From: Chrysochromulina tobinii
Lineage: Eukaryota
DNA: 52,787 nt
Assembly (NCBI GenBank): GCA_001275005.1
Contig: JWZX01002637.1
Coordinates: 1-52,787, forward strand
Direction of reading: 5' to 3'
Made by a program: the position numbers and the translations under genes. Of this stretch, positions 50,743-52,787 are shown piece after piece (position 1 is the first letter of the stretch; every line of letters begins with the position of its first letter). The notes beneath the pieces are model-generated. The model did not search any database, was not told the DNA's origin, and saw nothing but the letters and a program-made list of their open reading frames with translations.

Positions 50743-51465
50743 CTAATGTAAAATCGCGCTGGGAGGCGGCGGAGGTACCGTTGGCGGTGAGCTTGGATGC
50801 GGCAGCGGCGGCTCTCCGCGCGCCCACGCAAGCACCGCCTCACATTCGGCGCGCTGCATGCCGCCGGTGGGCATCTCCCGAATCAGACGCCCTGTTGTGT
50901 CCGCCTGAAGAGCAGGCTTGGGCGACCGCGGCACATGTACCGTGGCCGCGCGCGGTAGCCGCAGATTCACATCTTTGATGTGCGCCAAATCATCGTCCAC
51001 GAATATGGCGTCGGCGTCCGTGACTCCCAGAGGCGTCAGGATGGTTCTGCTAATCACCGCACTCTTTCGGCTTCCGTGCTGCATACAATCGGCTCGGTCG
51101 CGGATCAGCCACTGCAGTGGCGCGTGCGTTGGATCTGCCCGAGAGAGCAGGGTGCGAACTTCAACCCCCAATTCAAAGAAAGGTAGTAAACCCACGATGT
51201 CAAGCGCGTTTCGGATGACATCACGGCTATTCATAGAGCAGATCGCCATGACGAGTCCCATGCTTTGCAGTGCCAGTAACATTTGGCTGAGTACTTCAAG
51301 GCGATCAGTGCCACCAAAGCCACGAATGGGCATGCTTGCGCGGTCGATCCACATCGAAATCTCACCAGAAGCAAGCGTCTGATCAAAATCGAAGATTGCA
51401 ACACGCAAACTATCTGTACTGCTCACCCCAAGCGCCGTCACAACAGCGCCATTTGCTTGTGCCAT
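50743..51465 (-). CDS. HAD-superfamily hydrolase/phosphatase (cap-less, MDP-1-like)
   Basis: Motif I 'VAIFDFDQTL', motif II 'AICSMN', motif III Lys in 'GSRKSAVI', motif IV 'IFVDDD'. Confidence 0.82.
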   Translation of the reverse strand: MAQANGAVVTALGVSSTDSLRVAIFDFDQTLASGEISMWIDRASMPIRGFGGTDRLEVLSQMLLALQSMGLVMAICSMNSRDVIRNALDIVGLLPFFELGVEVRTLLSRADPTHAPLQWLIRDRADCMQHGSRKSAVISRTILTPLGVTDADAIFVDDDLAHIKDVNLRLPRAATVHVPRSPKPALQADTTGRLIREMPTGGMQRAECEAVLAWARGEPPLPHPSSPPTVPPPPPSAILH

Positions 51466-51695
51466 GGGAAGGTCAGTGCTGTCAGTACTCCGATGCAAGG
51501 GACGCCAGTTGCAGCGGAAAGTCCGTCGCCAAGTCGCCCGGCCGAAGTCGACGAATAGTGAGTCGCACACACGAGAATTCGCGGGAACGGAAAGATCGAG
51601 GTGTGAAATCACACAAAGCTTTTTTGGATTCTCCATCTCTCCTACCGCGTTCCCACAAAAGCTCGCCCTTCAGCCCTAACGCAGCAGCTGTCGCA

Positions 51696-52787
51696 TCAAA
51701 TGCGCTTGCCGAAGAGATGCGGGTTGGCCAGCTTGAAGGCCTTCCATCGCCGCCCGAGCTCGCTCGAGATGGAGCTGCCGCTGAAGCCAGCTGCCACCAC
51801 ATGCGCGCGCTCGGACGAGCAAAACCTGCTGTAATCCAGCTTCGGCTCGGCGCCGCTCCCGCCAACGCTACAACTGCCGCCGCCGCCGCCGCCGCCGTCG
51901 ACCTTGGCGGCCTTTCTCGCCGCCTCTTCGCCGTCGCCAGGAGCTGCGCGCTTGCCGCCAGAGGCTGCCTTCGCGGAAGCATTCGCGGCGGGCGGCTGGC
52001 CTTCGGGCACAGTGGTGGGCTTGCTCGCAAAGTGGCTCTTCCACCAGCTCTCCCACCACGCTTGCTGCTGCTGCTGCGCTTGCTGCTGCGCCTGCTGCGC
52101 CTGCTGCGCCTGCTGCGCCTGCTGCGCCTGCTGCGCCTGCTGCGCCTGCTGCGCTTGCTGCTGGTTGAACTGCGCTTGCTGCTGCGCCGCCTGTTGCGCC
52201 GCCTGCTGTGCCGCCTGCTGCGCCGCCTGCTGCGCCGCCTGCTGCGCCGCCTGCTGCGCCGCCTGCTGCATGGCTGCGGCCCGGCGCCGCTGCTCCGCCT
52301 GCGCCCACGACGGCGGGATGCCTCGGGCAGCGGTAGCACAAGCACCAGCAGCGGCAGCGGCAGCGGCGGCGGCGGCGGCGGCGGCGGCAGCAGCAGAGCC
52401 AGGAGGACCTGGGGGCACCCCTGCACTGGCGGGTGCAGCAGGAGGGAGGCGCGGACACACGATTGGTGCGGAGAGCTTCTCCGCAAGCAGCTGCTTTGCC
52501 ATGTTCAGTCGCTGCATGGCCACTTCCATCTCGGAGCGCGTGACGTGTCCGTAAAAGAGCGCGTGCTTGTCGGGGTGCATGTACCGGGACGTCTTCCGGA
52601 ACGTGGCACAGACGCGCTCCGTGTCGACTCGCTCGCCGGGCGCGAAGCCCAGGATGGCGCACAGGGTGGCGAGAAGTGCGCGCCCAGCCTCGCTCAACAC
52701 GTCGGGCTGGTGCGCGAGCGTGAGATGCACTCCCCTGGGCACCATGGCACCAAACCGATCGAGCCGGCGGATCTCGGCCACCTGCCG
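51696..52787 (-). CDS. DnaJ-domain protein with a poly-Ala/Gln-Ala linker and a C-terminal HMG-box-like domain; probably 5'-incomplete
   Basis: 'ILGFAPGE...VCATFRKTSRYMHPDKH...MQRLNMAKQLL' (HPD J-domain) and 'YSRFCSSERAHVVAAGFSGSSISSELGRRWKAF' (HMG-box-like). The frame is open to the window edge. Confidence 0.72.
   Translation of the reverse strand, partial: RQVAEIRRLDRFGAMVPRGVHLTLAHQPDVLSEAGRALLATLCAILGFAPGERVDTERVCATFRKTSRYMHPDKHALFYGHVTRSEMEVAMQRLNMAKQLLAEKLSAPIVCPRLPPAAPASAGVPPGPPGSAAAAAAAAAAAAAAAAGACATAARGIPPSWAQAEQRRRAAAMQQAAQQAAQQAAQQAAQQAAQQAAQQAAQQQAQFNQQQAQQAQQAQQAQQAQQAQQAQQAQQQAQQQQQAWWESWWKSHFASKPTTVPEGQPPAANASAKAASGGKRAAPGDGEEAARKAAKVDGGGGGGGSCSVGGSGAEPKLDYSRFCSSERAHVVAAGFSGSSISSELGRRWKAFKLANPHLFGKRI
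52063..52270 (-). repeat. Coding low-complexity repeats (QQAA)n and (QQA)n
   Basis: 12-bp and 9-bp tandem units (gcctgctgcgcc, gcctgctgc). Confidence 0.9.

Noticed and set aside
51117..51161. Possible short in-frame intron in the HAD gene (GTTCGC...CTGCAG)
   Set aside because: The frame is open either way and the sequence alone cannot decide.

Overview
Gene-dense, GC-rich eukaryotic nuclear DNA with short GT-AG introns, mostly intron-poor genes and several tight divergent gene pairs. Gene content and style suggest a flagellated microalga such as a haptophyte; this is inference, not proven. About 24 protein-coding genes are supported. Recognisable ones: a UPL3/TRIP12-type HECT ligase (runs off the left edge), a MAPK15/ERK7-type kinase, an AAAP amino-acid transporter, a double-FHA protein, COG3, histone H4, an Elongin-B-like protein (3 exons), a CUE protein, three glycosyltransferases, an SGNH/PC-esterase-like protein, a HAD phosphatase and a DnaJ+HMG-like protein (open at the right edge). 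The most striking items are: (1) a ~1170-aa protein that fuses a GHKL ATPase, a RanBP2/NZF zinc finger, SIM-like motifs and a C-terminal HExxH (SprT/WLM-like) metalloprotease, a candidate ATP-coupled SUMO/ubiquitin-directed protease; (2) a replication-dependent-type histone 3' stem-loop behind a solitary H4; (3) a 1.19-kb non-autonomous TIR element with an 8-10 bp TSD, dense GATAC/GTATC motifs and a captured coding-like insert; (4) an XK-type membrane domain fused to ~600 aa of decapeptide repeats; (5) an EF-hand plus GYxGH-repeat putative microtubule inner protein; (6) a 2.1-kaa multi-domain chromatin/DNA reader. No rRNA, tRNA or CRISPR array was seen. All family calls come from motif recognition by eye; no database search was run.
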